Source of the DNA: Octopus vulgaris
Lineage: Eukaryota
NCBI GenBank assembly: GCA_951406725.2
Contig: OX597820.1
Coordinates: 69,130,001-69,194,000, forward strand
Direction of reading: 5' to 3'
DNA length: 64,000 nucleotides
Position 1 is the stretch's first letter. Each line of letters opens with the position of its first letter. The position numbers and the translations under genes are program-made. The notes below the pieces were generated by a model. The model ran no database searches and was not told the DNA's origin. It saw only the letters and a list, made by a program, of their open reading frames with translations. Of this stretch, positions 26,930 through 41,464 are shown piece by piece.

Positions 26930-27335
26930 AACCAGCAGCGGCAGCAGTAGCACCACCACCACCACCACCACCACCACTACTACTACTAGAATTTTCCCTA
27001 CCATCACTACTGCTATCACTAGCGCTGCTGGTGCTACTACTACTGCTACCACCACCATTACTACTACTACTACTACTACTAAACTCACCACCATTACCAC
27101 CACCATCCCTACGACTACTACTACTACTAAACTCACCACCATTACCACTACTACTATCACCACCATCACTACTACTGCAAAAACACCTAAGCTGCTGCTG
27201 CTACTACTACTACTACTACTACTACTGCCACCGCCAAACCACCATCACTACTACTACTACTACTAAACTCACCACCATCTCCATCACCACCATCACTACT
27301 ACTACTACTACTACTAAACCGACCACCACATGTGA
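26930..27335. repeat. Compound (ACC)n/(ACT)n array with higher-order unit ctactactaaactcaccaccat
   Basis: Unit recurs near 27072, 27121 and 27255, with a variant near 27308. Confidence 0.9.
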
Positions 27336-27617
27336 CAAAACTACAAAAAAACTACACTCTTCGCCAGCCACATCTTCCAGCAGCAACACCGCACCGACTT
27401 TAATACCTTTGTAATCGTGGTGTGAATATAACAAAATTAGATGTGTTCACAAGATTAAAATTAAGTTAGTATCAATTTATTTTCAAAATGTCTGCAGGAA
27501 TTTTTAAAATGTCTTCAGCCTAACGTTCTGCCAGCAATGAAGTAAATGAAGAGATTGGCATTATTTTTACGTGTTAAACCGATCATCTTTCGAAATCAGC
27601 TCAATCTAGGAAGATAC

Positions 27618-27664
<47 letters not shown>

Positions 27665-27829
27665 TACAAACTTTGATACATCATCGGTTTTCTCACTTTG
27701 TCACTTTCCTTTGTTTTTCTTTTCTTTTTTTCCTCTGACATTTTACTCCCCTACGATCTCTCATTCTCTTTCTTTCCCCTCTTTTTTCTCTGATTTTCTC
27801 TCTGTTGTTCTTTCATGGCTTTACCTTAT

Positions 27830-28180
27830 ATCTGATACAGTCATTGCACTGCGTTCATACTGGAGCACCGCCTTGAAGGGTTTTAATCGAATAAATCGAC
27901 CCCCAATACACGTTATTTTAAAGTCTGATACTTGCTTGTTCTATTTGTCCTATTTTGCCGAACCGTTAATTTACTAGGACAGGTTGGGAAAAGTTGGTAG
28001 GGGAGAAATATCAATACAAGACAATCATAAACAAACACACACACACACACATATATACACGACGGGCTTTTTAAACTTTCCATCTACCAAATCTGTTCAC
28101 AAGGCCTTCGTTAGCCTGGGGCTTATAGTAGAAGATATTTGACCGAACCCAACACTGTTTGGTTGGGAGGTAAACCTTTT
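27830..28180 (-). mobile_element. Family A SINE, diverged
   Basis: tggagcaccgcctt, gccgaaccg, acgacgggctt and atagtagaaga blocks in reverse order. Confidence 0.8.
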
Positions 28181-28264
28181 CGTTCCTTCTCGTATGGAAG
28201 GTGACCTGTAATTATATTGTTTTCATATATATCTCAGGGGTACCAATTCATACTCAATTCTGAT

Positions 28265-28465
28265 TTACGCACAAGGCCAGCAACTTAGAGTGTAGGACAC
28301 GAGTCGAAAACATCGACTCCAGTGTTTGACTGGTACTCTACTTTATTGAACTCAGATACATGAAAAGTTAAGGTAACCTCGACTGAATTTCAACTCTGAA
28401 CGTAAAGACCGGAAAGAAACGCCGTAATAAATTTTGTTGGACACTCAAAATATGCTACCTGTTCA
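28265..28465 (-). mobile_element. Family B SINE, diverged
   Basis: gcacaaggccagcaa..actggtact..actctgaacgtaaag. Confidence 0.75.
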
Positions 28466-28914
28466 GCGTGCCCAAGTCCTCGGGGAACCTAGCATGGCAG
28501 ACCGATAACGAGTATAAAGGAGCATATGAAGAACAATGATGAAAACGTGTTAGCAGTTGCTTCTATTAGAAGCAGCTTCGTACATCTACCCTCGTTTATC
28601 ACGGGTGCTCGCTTCCAAAATATAAGTGTTAAATGAATCATTGATAAGGGTATAATTGAACGTGTAGGAAAAATAGGTTTCGTTCTGTGATCACAAATTA
28701 TTCTGAGCATTGGAATCCCAGACTGTACTGAGCAGCATTGTAACTGGTCATTGAGGCGTGTTTTTTCGGTCCAAACAGAAACTTTTTGACTGATGACCGA
28801 CTCGTATTGTTGCACTTCAATTCGTGATATGGGAAGCATGATTCACAGATGAACGTTCTGTGTTATCTTGGATTAGTGATGAATGAATCGGGGATAGACG
28901 TGGATTGATGTACA

Positions 28915-29283
28915 TTTTTACTTTGTTCATTCTTTGGGCAGCAGCCATACTGAGGCCAGGCCTTCAAGGGTTTAAAGTTTTATCTATTTGACATCTGTTA
29001 TGTATCGCATCATATCTTTTTGCCGAACCACTAAGTCAAGAGAACGTAAACAAACCAACACCAGTTTTCAATTGGAGTACAGAAATAAACTCAAACACAC
29101 GCACATAAGCACACATAGATTTGAGGGGCTTATTTCAGTTTCCGTCAACCAAATCCATTCCCGATGCTTTGGTCGGTCTAGGACGATAATAGAAGACACT
29201 AGCCCTAGGTTCTATGCAGTGGGATTGAACCCGACACCCTGTGATTCGGAAGCTTACTTCTATCCAGTCATCCGCACCTGCAC
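28915..29283 (-). mobile_element. Family A SINE, diverged
   Basis: ttttgccgaacc, tttcagtttccgtcaaccaaatcc and gcagtgggattgaacccg blocks. Confidence 0.8.
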
Positions 29284-30389
29284 CTTTACTTGTTCATGTT
29301 ATAATTAGCATTGTTATGTTTTTAATACATATGTTTAAGTAATGCTAATATGATAATTGATACGTCGGGACAAGGAGATTCTCAAATTTGTAGGAGATGC
29401 GAAGATAAAAAGAAAGAAAGAAAACCTTCAACAAGAACTAAATAAAAGCAGATTGGGTGATGTTCATGCCAAATACAAAGGCATTTAAGCTATGGAGCTG
29501 AAACAAAATGAATTTGAATAGGAATGGAAATCATGTTGTGAACTTAGCGGCTCACCGACAAAATGATAGATTTTTATAGCTGTTTATATTTTCAAACATC
29601 AACACCCATTATGGTTTCAGCTACATCCGGCTAAGATGTGACTGTCGACCATTTGTGACAGGTCACATGAGAGGATAGTATTTGTCAGTAACGATTATGT
29701 TATAATCGCCATTGTGTTCTAATCTGGCCCACTCTGACTTACACACACGCATACACACACACACGCGCACACGCGCACGCACACGCATACACACATACAT
29801 ACGTACATATATACATACTTATACACATGAATGTAAGCATACGTATATGTGTATAGAACAAGAGGAAGAAAAGCGAATGTCACATGAGAAGAGAAGTCAA
29901 GAGTTGAGCTGTTGTCAATCTATTGGCAAGAACCCTTTCCAGTATTTCACGTCAGTCGACTGTCTATTATAGTGAATTTCTTCTGACAAAGTAGTTCAGT
30001 CAATACTTTGACCTCATCAGGTCAACGGACTTGAGGAAGAGAGAAAAGAAGGAAACCGCGCCGTAGTAAGAGAGAAACATGAGCAGGAAAAGCTCCCAAC
30101 GTACAGTGTAAATGCATAGCAAAATTCATACGTGGTAAAAACGCATACCACGCGCTCACACACACACAAACTCCCGCATCAATACATGCACAAGTTTACG
30201 GACACTGTGCGTGTATGTATTTCTGCGTGTGTGTACGCGTGAGTCTAGGTGTTGATAGATCGATAGATTGATAGCTAGATATACGCATAGGTTGACTGAC
30301 AAACACACAGTTAGATAGACTAGTAGATAGTAGATTTTCGGTGGGTAGTATTGAGTGTTCCAAAACAATTATTTACTGAAAGATGCGTT

Positions 30390-30447
<58 letters not shown>

Positions 30448-31070
30448 TGAGTGTATTTTTACCTTGTTATATATATATATATATAATATATATATATACA
30501 TATATATAAAGGGAGAATGTAGAGAGAGAATGAGAGAGAGAGAGCTTTGTTTTATATATATCTGTTAGCATGTTTACGGCCGACATATGCTTTGCAGACA
30601 AACAGTTTAGTTAAAAAAAAAGAAAATTGTGATAAAGGATATCTGGTACTTAGTGCGCATGTCATGAACTCCATTAAAGTGCTGGTTATTACGCTCAATC
30701 GGGCGTGTATTTTGAATTCATCTCAAAAGACGTTTTTTAAATGAAGATGCATGAGAGAGATACATTATCAAGAACTGTGCGCGTGTACGAATAACCTAGT
30801 TTCTCTCTCTCTCTTTCTCTCTCTTTATCTCTCTGATTGTTTATACACACTCAAACATACTCACACACGCGCGGTCGCACCTTTGAGCATGCGTGTCGTG
30901 GTGATGGTGGTGGTGTGTAAACCATTTTTTAATAATGTTTAAAATTTTTACGTTTTCATGTGCGTTTCGTCTATTAAGCCGAAATACATCCTTATAATAT
31001 GCATGCAGACACACATGCACACACATACATGCAAAAATGCGTATAATACATGTATACGCATTTTTGTGTG

Positions 31071-31129
<59 letters not shown>

Positions 31130-31131
<2 letters not shown>

Positions 31132-31258
31132 TCTTGTGTGTATATAAACACATTCTCGCACACATATTTATCTTTTTGTAGACCTAGGATTCATATAAGA
31201 TCGGTTTTCCGGTTGCAATGTCACATAAGTGACCTGGATCACAGCACTCCTTCCCGCC
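31130..31258 (+). repeat. About 130-bp segment duplicated at 37898-38025
   Basis: Shared cacattctcgcacacatatttatctttttg..cctaggattcatataagatc.gttttccggttgcaatgt..agtgacctgg..agcactccttcccgc. Confidence 0.9.
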
Positions 31259-31284
31259 CTGAATGTGACGCTAATCCGTTGTAG

Positions 31285-31471
31285 AACTGAAGGTCAACAA
31301 TTTCTGAGGGGACGGTCAAGTCGATTACATCGCCCCTAATAATTGAGTGTACACTGGGTGGGTGAAAGTTTAAGCTATCTTCGGTGGAAATTGAACTCAG
31401 AACGAAAAGTCCCGAAAGAAATGCTAAGCATTTTGTGCAATGTGTTAACAATTCTACCAACTTGCCGCCTT
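31285..31471 (-). mobile_element. Family B SINE, diverged
   Basis: aagtcgattacatcg..ttgaactcagaacg..gctaagcattt..gccgcc. Confidence 0.75.
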
Positions 31472-31584
31472 CATACATACGAGCATGTACATTTGTTAGT
31501 TATAAATCGGAATTTTATGTGATTGTTAGTGTATATACCCTGTTTGTTACAGGGTATATCGGATATGAAGAAAAAAGAATATTT

Positions 31585-31798
31585 ACACACACCGCTAAAA
31601 TTTCCACTTATTTCTTTTTATTTTCCTAAAATTTTCGTTGAGTCTTGCAACTTTTTCAAAAATCAAAACTATTGAAGATGTTGCAAGACGCAACGAAAAT
31701 TTTAGAAAAATGAAAAAGAAACAAGTGGAAATTTTACCGGTGAGTGTGTTAATTATAAGGCACCAAAAGAGAATTATTCTCCTCAGACACAACAGGAT
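31585..31798. mobile_element. Fold-back element, copy 2 (same family as 608-884)
   Basis: Inverted arms centred near 31662. TTGAAGA-t-gttgc(aagac)gcaac-GAAAATTTTA motif at 31672-31704. Confidence 0.75.
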
Positions 31799-32920
31799 AC
31801 GCTTCAACACACGAACTCACATAAAGAATCTTGCAAGACTAATCCCAAAACGAAATAGAATATTTACAATTTTAAAAAATTCTTGAATTCAAAAGTATAG
31901 AGTCAAAAAGCGTTCTGTGTTATCCGCGATTTAATCTTTTACTTGCTGCGTTGTCCGGTGATCGCGGAGTCTCTTCCGGTTGAACCGCTATTTATCCACA
32001 CTGAAAGGCCAGCTCTCCGATACTGTGTACATATGATAAGAAGGTTACAGGAAAGAATGAATGGTAAGATAGATGCCCCAAGTTGAGCAAACCGACAGGA
32101 GACCTTAAGTTAGAGCAAGATCTAGATAGTTGGATTATATAGTCTCAGTTGATCCTACGTAGTAATCCAGTCTGAAAATGTGATGGGTTTTTTTTCTGGT
32201 AGAACCAGATGGAGGAGGTGCCTGAGGATTCTAACTCTTCGACCCTTCCAGGAACAGTGGGGGAAGATGGGTAGATGGACAGACTTCCGAAATGGTTCTC
32301 AAATATAGTCGGTATTATTGAAGACTTACACAGAAAGGTAGTGCAATAAGGAATACGAAAATCGATAGGAATCTCCATTAGTTGATTTGCTGCAATTGTT
32401 CTTGGGATTCTACATCCTACTGATCGTATTCAAATGGTTCTCATTTGACGGTGGACTAAATTACTACATTATATTGCAGAGTCATAGAATTATATTGATG
32501 GGGACGATCTAAGAGAAAAACCATATTGACTTTCTAGGAAGTTCTATGCAGGGTAATTATTTTCTATTACAATCAGTTTTAAAGAGGTTTTGCAGTCTTA
32601 CTAAGAATATATAAAATCGAAATATCAATATTAATTGTTGAAATAACTAATTATTTGATTAATCTCGAAATGATTAGCTGGGTAGCTTGTTAGCTGGGGG
32701 TGGGTGGGTTAAATACTATCTATATTTACTAGGATAGACGTGTTTAGTGTAGTTGTGTCTATACATACATACATTTATATATATATACACATATGTATAT
32801 ATAATATGAGTGCTTACCGATTATACCAACTTACTCATGCATATATGTATGTCTGCGCTTGTCAGAACAGACCAATTCAAGAACCAAATTTTAAAATGGT
32901 ACCCTGTTGTTCACCTAAAC

Positions 32921-33261
32921 CAGTGGTTCTCAACTATTTTTCATGTCTGGATGAACTTTGATGACTATTTTATTCTGGTGGACTGCTCCCCCAACCCATA
33001 GCCATTCAATGTTCAAAATCTAGTTTTAGAGAAACTTCTTTCAAACTTCCTATCTTGTATTTCATATATTAACATGTGTAGACTGTACTATGTAAAGTGG
33101 TAGAGAAAGAGACCTACCTGTTTTTCGTAATACATACAAATACATACATCTAAAGCAAAAGCTTTTCAGTGGCCCTTAAAATAGTTTTGTAGATTCCCAA
33201 TATAATATTTTGTTGCGTGGACCCCACAAAATCTTATGTCGACCTCGGTTGAGAACCACTA
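32921..33261. mobile_element. hAT (Charlie-like) MITE
   Basis: TIRs CAGTGGTTCTCAAC / GTTGAGAACCACTA, a degenerate 8-bp TSD (acctaaac / gactaagc) and internal gtggac-type subterminal motifs. Confidence 0.8.
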
Positions 33262-34739
33262 GACTAAGCCATTCGGTGTTGCGCTTTATCATGCCGACAG
33301 CCCAATGATCGAAAAAAACTATAAAAGACAAGCATAATACTTTACATCCGAGCGATTGCTTCTTTCAGAAAGCATTTCGAAATTACGCTTTTCTGCCACG
33401 TGATTTTGTATTCGGTGTCACTGCGTAGAACTATGGGCAAGCCCCTACTACTATTATAGCCCCAAGCGATTTATTTTAGTGAATCTCTGTCTGTCTGTCT
33501 GTCTCTCTCTCTCTCGCTCTCTCGCACGCACAGAGTATTTTACAGACAACAAACATTAGAAAAGATTTAGAGATATATCGACCACATAAATACCGTTGCT
33601 GTTTTCTTTTTGTGTTTTGCCAGATTTTATATTGCAATTATGCTTCACTCACTGACTTAATTCTTTTGGGTCACTTCTGGCGATAAAATCACCCATGGGC
33701 CTCTCAGATAAAGGAATTTCTGTCCAGAGATAATGTACATAAAAATATGTATGTATTTATTCTATGTATAATTAATATCTCTTTCGAAGAAATTTTTCGT
33801 CATGGTGACCTATATATTTCCATATATTATCACTATGAATATGCATATTGAGCCCACTGCTAACAAGCTTTCCATCAAAAATATTTCCGTTAATCTGAAA
33901 TATTCATTCATATACGTACACAAATACATACATACATATACATACACATACGCGCTCGCATACATATACACATATATCGAAACAACGGTGGTACATTATA
34001 TATGTGTGCGTGTACATATATATATGTATATATATACATTTTACTCTTTTAATCGTTTCTGCTCGAGAGCTCTGGCCATACTGGAACACCGGCATTATAT
34101 ATCTATAGTAAAAAACCAGTGATATGATATGATATGATATATATATTACAAATTTGACAGCCGACGTCAGTTTATCAAATAAATTTGATTAATAAAACTG
34201 AAGACAATGATCATCAGTGAAGGTAAATCTAGAAAGTACACCTCCCCAACCTACACGATCGCAAGTTCAGAAAGGCATACGCACAAGAATAACACAAATA
34301 TACATATGTATACAACTACACACATACACACACACACCCTGGAAGAGAAAGAGAGAGCGAGAGAGAAACAGAGAGAGTTAGAGAGAGAGAGAGAGAGAAA
34401 AGCGAATATATGCTTGCATTCTTGCATATATATATATATATATTCTATGTGTTTGTAATATATATATATATATATATATATATGCATGAGCATATTGTCT
34501 CTGTGTGTCTTTCTCTCTGCCTCTATCTCTCTCCATGTCCCCTCTCTCTTTCTCTCTCTCTCTATATATAGTTGTGCTATATGTATATATAAGTGTGCAT
34601 GTATGGATATATTTGTGCCATGCTTATAAAAATGAATGTATATATATACGCACCAACATGCATACTGACTCATCGATAAGTCGAAATATATATAGATCTA
34701 CACATGTATGTAAATGTTTGCAAATGTATTTGTGTATAT

Positions 34740-34770
<31 letters not shown>

Positions 34771-35514
34771 TGTATATATATGTATGTATATGGAGAGAGA
34801 GAGATGGAGAGAGATACACACACAAACACTCATATATACGCACTTACGTGTGTCTATGTAAGTAAACATGGGTTTAGGTAAGTAGGGGCGGGAGCGTTTG
34901 CCTTGAAGCCAGTTTTGCATGATGTTGGTACATACGATGAGAACTTTTGGTGAGCATGCTATTATATTTTCACTAAAAACATGACAAAACACATTTTAAA
35001 AATAGAGAAATAAAGCTTTTATTTTTCGAAAAATCCAAAGGTAGAAGGAAATATGACAACAATTATTTTATGCGGTGAATGTCACTGTTTTATAGTGAAC
35101 CTGTTGAAAAATTCCTTGACCTCAATATAGGTGTTCAGCGATGGATATATAATCTCGGATAGTCTGTGCCAGAGGCGAAATTTTGCAAGATTGATTAAGA
35201 TGGTGGGCATAAGCAAAGAATGAGTGAGTGAATATATGTGACTGCTTTTGATTGTGAATCTGATTCTGTGTATGTGTCTGTTTGTGTGAGTGAGTGATGT
35301 GCATATATGTGTGTGTATGTATGTATGTATACATACATAATGTCTGTAATATGCATGTATATCTAATATTTGAATATTTATATACACATGCCACACGTAT
35401 ACATTCACATACAAATACACATAAAACGTCTATGCAATGTGACAGTTTAATATATGTATATACAGAATATATACTTATATATACGCACAGACACAGACAC
35501 ACATGTGTGTCTAT

Positions 35515-35694
<180 letters not shown>

Positions 35695-36091
35695 CAATCA
35701 TCAGTATGGTTATGTTTCTGTCTGTGTGATTGTATATACAATGTTGAAGATTTGTTTGTGAGTGTGTTTGCGTGTTTGCGACTGTGAAACAGATTTCTGG
35801 AGCAAAAGCGGCACAACAAGGAAACTATTAGTCCTAGAGTGGAGCGAAGAGGGGGAAAGGGGGTGGGAAAAGAAAGACTAAAGGGCAAACAGAGAGAAAA
35901 CAGAAAGAAAGCTAGAGAAAGAATATTCTAGAGTGATGGTGAAAGATATGCTGCTGAATTGAGAGGGCCATTTGTGAATCATTGGGATCTATGTGGATGT
36001 GTGTGCGCATGCGTGTGAATACATATATGCATATGTATATATGTGTATATGCGCGGGCATATACTTGTATATATGTGCCTTTATTTATATG

Positions 36092-36319
<228 letters not shown>

Positions 36320-36511
36320 TGGTGCGTAGCACATATATGTGTGTTTAGGTGAGATTTATAAATGTGTCATTATTTGTATAGATATATACATTTGTATGTG
36401 TATGAATTAATATTTGTGAATACATGTATATATACACATATAACATATTTATGTGTATGCTTATATGCATTTATATATCACTACATACGTATGCATAGAT
36501 CAATGCATATT

Positions 36512-36567
<56 letters not shown>

Positions 36568-36609
36568 TATGTATATGTACAACACATATTTTTACACAAT
36601 TATATGTGC

Positions 36610-36666
<57 letters not shown>

Positions 36667-37274
36667 TATATATTTAGAGAGAGATATGGGGAATAAGCGA
36701 GAGAGTGAAAGGGAGAGACTGTCTGAAACATAACACATAATCTGCAGTGTTATGCCCCCAAGTTCAAAAGAAGGAAAGAAAAAAGTCTTTATAATGCCAG
36801 AGGCGTCTTTGATGATGTATTTTCTCTTACATACTCACACACACACACACGCGCATACACACGCGCGCGGGTGCCCACGCACACACACACACACACATAC
36901 ACACACACTCATACACATACACACAGACACACACACACACAGGCTCACACTGCTTATGAAGATCGTTTAGTCAACGTCTCATTGATGGATCGGTCAATCT
37001 TTGTTTCATTCGCAAGGAAGTCTTTGATCTTTCGTAATTAATTTTGATTACAAGGACTGCTTTATCGGCCGGTTTCATACCGGACTTGGCGCCATGCAGT
37101 GTCCTAACAGCTAGGCTTCTCTTCTGTGCAGCTGAAGTTCAAATTGAGACTATATAAGCATTGAACCGAAAGTGACAATAATTACATGCATGTGAAGGAA
37201 GTATAGAAACTATAAGGCCAAATAGATATGTTAGGAAATAGTGTTGATTGCATTAATAGATCATGCGTTGACGC

Positions 37275-37315
<41 letters not shown>

Positions 37316-37582
37316 GGATCTATATGTATTTGTGCGTGTGTATATATACACACGCACACACTCATATATATATATATATATGTATATAGGGAGAGAGAGA
37401 GAGAGAGTGAAACAAAGAGAGTGGTAGCTTTGTAAATATTTGTATTTTGGAGGGATGAATGTTTGTGTGTCCCCGTATACAATGATAGGTATATGTATAT
37501 ATATATATATATGTATAGGCATGTCACACACTTTCTCTCTCACTCACTCACTCACTCTCTCTCTCTCTGTCTCTCTCTCTCC

Positions 37583-37637
<55 letters not shown>

Positions 37638-37641
37638 TATA

Positions 37642-37860
37642 TAATTAATCCAAACAAGAAAACACAAAAAAACAAAAAAAAACACAACAACGCGAGGACG
37701 TGGAACAAATAAAGTATTATTGGACGCTCAGGAAAGAAGGGAAGAAGGAGGGTTTAAAGTTTCGAGCGGAGCTCATCTTCTGAAACATAGGAGAAGGAAA
37801 GATCCCGAGAAGGGAGGACAGAGGAAAAAAATCGCCAGTGGTACTCACGAGGTCACATAT
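37642..37860 (-). mobile_element. About 220-bp element in a (TA)n tract carrying a hammerhead-like motif
   Basis: Bounded by (TA)n. Minus strand 37786-37752 reads gttt-CAGAAGA-t-GAGC(tcc)GCTC-GAAAC-TTT-aaac. Confidence 0.6.
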
Positions 37861-37897
37861 TATATATATATATGTATATATACATACACACAAACAC

Positions 37898-38025
37898 GCC
37901 TGTGTGTATATATACACACATTCTCGCACACATATTTATCTTTTTGCAAACCTAGGATTCATATAAGATCCGTTTTCCGGTTGCAATGTTTGTCAGTGAC
38001 CTGGTTTATAGCACTCCTTCCCGCA
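37898..38025 (+). repeat. Second copy of the 31130-31258 segment
   Basis: Direct sequence identity with scattered substitutions. Confidence 0.9.
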
Positions 38026-40299
38026 TGCACACGTTTAATTCTAATAAAATATATTGTTATTTTCTTACGTTTTAATATTGATATATATGTATATTTATAT
38101 ATACTACTGATGTGACATATCACTAGTATTGTAATGTTACTTCCAAATTTTGTATATTCTAATGTCGAAAAATTTCTGTATACTGATGTCATCCTGTTTT
38201 ATATTTTATATTTCTATCAAATAATCTATAACTTGCTTTTGTTTTGCTATGCTTCATTCCGAAAAGTTTTATTACAGCGGCGGAAACTCATCATAAACCT
38301 AAATAATTTATATATCTCCTAAAAGTGTGTATATGTGGTAACGATTTATTTCTTTTGATTAAGATTATTTAAGTAAACTTCTTAAATTAGTTTTAAGCTT
38401 CTACAATGTAGTTTTAGGATTAAGACCAAAAATTAACAATGCAGCAAATCTGTATTTGTACAAAATAACTTAGTTTTTGTTAGATTTGGCGTCCACTCAT
38501 AACAATAATCGATATGTATGGTAAATTTGAAAGACAATATAAATTTTACAAAAAATCCAATGACCGGATTTTGGTTGCTGCTATTGTTGTTGCTGGCGTT
38601 GGTGGTCTTATTTAGCCGCAGGTCAATCCTTATCCAGCAAACCTATGATCAAAAGAATTCAAATGACGACTGTCACATGTATTTGGGTATTATGTGCGTT
38701 TATATTATCTGATGTTTTCCCCGTGTATAAGGCAGTACGGAATGATTTGAAGAAGATTCGATTACTTGTTCTAGCACATAAAATGATTACGCAGAAGCTC
38801 CTCCCTCGCCTCGTTTTGGTACATTTGTATATAATGTAGTATTGAGTTGTTAACTAAAATAATTCTGGCCGCTGTCTCATCTTGAAGTTATTGCCAATAG
38901 AAAGAAACCTAGTCATTACCGTCAGTTAAAGTGGTGACAGGATGATAACTTTCCAGAATAGTCCAAAACATAGAAATAATAGAAAATAAATTGAATCTGA
39001 GCATCTATCCCTTAATGTGGAATAACACAGTTATCCCAGTTAAATGTATGAAGCATCCGAAATCGTAAATGATTTTAGACAATGTAAAGTTGTTTACAAA
39101 AGTTCTCTTCCATGCCTTTGTTTCCAGAATCCCTTCATCATTTACACCCGCTGGTGAGGCTATACACACTTCTTGCAATTTATTATTTTGCATTGCTTTC
39201 AGTCTTAATGAATCCATGGTCGAAGGATATTGAATTTTAAACCCTTCGACTGCTGCTTGCAAGCTCCGTGCTTCCTGTCAGCGCATAGTCTTTATTTAAA
39301 CTGCAAATATTGTTACCGTAACCGCCATTTTGTACTGATGGCTCAGCGTTTTTTTACTCCCGTTTTCTCTTCATTCCTTTGAGTTATCTAATTGTTTTCA
39401 TGGGCAGAAGATCTTATTTTTATGCAAGCAACAACTGACAAACAACGACAAAAGACAGGATAAAAAAAGAGGAAGGTTTCGTGACATTGGATTACAATCT
39501 CGATTTCATTAGCCAAATTAATTTACGAACTCTTTTGGTACGCGTAAATTAAATTTAAGAAGGCGATACCGCGATTGTCATTCGCTTAGTGAATTTAAAC
39601 ACTCCGTTATAGAGTAATTTTTATATTGGAAACTGGACGGTTATGATTATTTCAACAATTTATGAAAATAATAGACTCCGTTGTTGTTATTTCCATTTGT
39701 TTATTTCTAAATCCTAAAACATTTGATATCGAGGAGAAATCTTATACAAGAGGAGGGCTACGATTGCGTTAATATACATCTTAAAGACGGTGTCGGGGAT
39801 GTAATTGAGCTTTCAGAGTGAGAAGTTGAAGACATTATTTATGTTTGTCCGTTGCTTCTCTGCTGGACTGACTTGGTTCACTCAATTTGCTTTCTTTCTC
39901 CATACTCTTTAAAACAGGAACTAATGATACACTAAGTTTGATTCAAGGTTCAAATTCACGTGTTTAACTTCTTTATTCCATTTCCTCGCGGTCGATGTAA
40001 TGGAGTATCATTCAAATATCGGGACTAATTAAATGTTCCTATAAAGTAGCATAGATTTAATTGCAATTAGGGTAGAAAATACAATGATCCATATCTTTTC
40101 CCAGCGAAAATCGATCTGCTATGCAAAAATCCAGTAATAACTATAAGGAACTCTTCCATTGACAGAGAGTTATATATTCTGTAAATGTAAGAGTAAACTC
40201 CTGGTACGCATTCCATAGATCGTAACAGAACCTGTATACAGAATGTAGGCTTGCCAAAGTTAATTCTGGATGTCATTTTGTTCCGTGCACTATTTCTTT

Positions 40300-40565
40300 T
40301 CTACTCTAGGCACAAGGCCCGACATTTTTGGAGAGGCTGGCAGTCGATTAGGTCAACCCCAGTTGCGAACTGGTACTTAATTTGTCAAGTCAAAGTCGAC
40401 CTCGGCGAAATTTGAACTCAGAACGAAAAGACAGAGTCGATTAGGTCAACCCCAGTTGCGAACTGGTACTTAATTTGTCAAGTCAAAGTCGACCTCGGCG
40501 AAATTTGATCTCAGAACGAAAAGACAGACGAAATAACGCTAAGCATTTCGCCCGGTGTGCTAAGT
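40300..40565 (-). mobile_element. Family B SINE with internal 93-bp tandem duplication
   Basis: Units 40342-40434 and 40435-40527 differ at one visible base (gaactc vs gatctc). Confidence 0.9.
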
Positions 40566-41410
40566 GCGTTAGTATTTCTGACACAATCTTGCAAAAACAG
40601 TTTTGTTGCTTATGCTGCATTTTTGCTGTAGTATTTGTTGTTGTTGCTGTAATCCTCCTCCACTTCTTCCTCCCCTCTTCTTCCTTTCTATTGATTAGGT
40701 CAGTCTTACTCAAAGAAAAGCTTGCAACTCCTATTACCTCCCCATTCATTATTTCACCCATATTTAAAAACTATATTACCTAGTATTTTCTTTTGTTAAA
40801 ATAGTAAAATAAAGGAGATCTAGCTGCAATCTCTAGCAGAGTAGGTGACTACGTAGAAGCAGTCCCATTAATTCAAGAGTTATTTTTGTTTGTCACGAGA
40901 TGATCAAATATAAAAGATCAAACATGAAACGATATGAACACTGCATAAAAAAGACCATTGCACGTTTTCAACTCAATAAAAATCTAAATATTTATAAAGA
41001 AAAAATTATCAAATAATGAAAATGAATAAAGGAAAGTATTCAAATAAATGACAAAAATCAAGACACCGCGAACCTTGAATCAGCCTCAACATTGACAAAT
41101 ATCTTCTCTTTGCTCCAGGCTATAGAAGAAACTAAATACCACATAGTACTTCTTGCCGCTCTTATCCAGATTTTACGGTTCATGGAATGTATTGCATAGA
41201 AAGGAATGGACCAAGATTTCTCTTCAAACGTTGGCACTTCAAAATAAAAAAAGAAACAAAAGAACATAAATTAAAAACGAAACTGATGCTGTGATTCTTC
41301 ATACCATTTACACACACACACACACACATATACACAAACATACATATGTACATATACATGCATACATACATACACATGTGAATGGGGTAGGGGGTTCGGT
41401 ACAACAAACA

Positions 41411-41464
<54 letters not shown>

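Noticed and set aside
26930-27335. Regularly spaced repeat units suggestive of a CRISPR-like array or mucin-like exon
   Set aside because: The spacers are themselves ACC/ACT triplets, consistent with slippage expansion. The context is eukaryotic, with no cas genes or splice boundaries.
28489-28839. 116-aa minus-strand ORF with SQKVSVW, reminiscent of Tc1-type transposases
   Set aside because: The similarity is limited to a few residues and no TIRs were found. It needs a BLASTx search to support.
35068-35085. gcggtgaatg, a partial match to mature miR-124
   Set aside because: The seed region is absent and there is no precursor hairpin.
39005-39262. 85-aa non-repetitive minus-strand ORF
   Set aside because: Non-ATG start, no recognisable domain and no splice signals. 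More likely a decayed transposon or random sequence.
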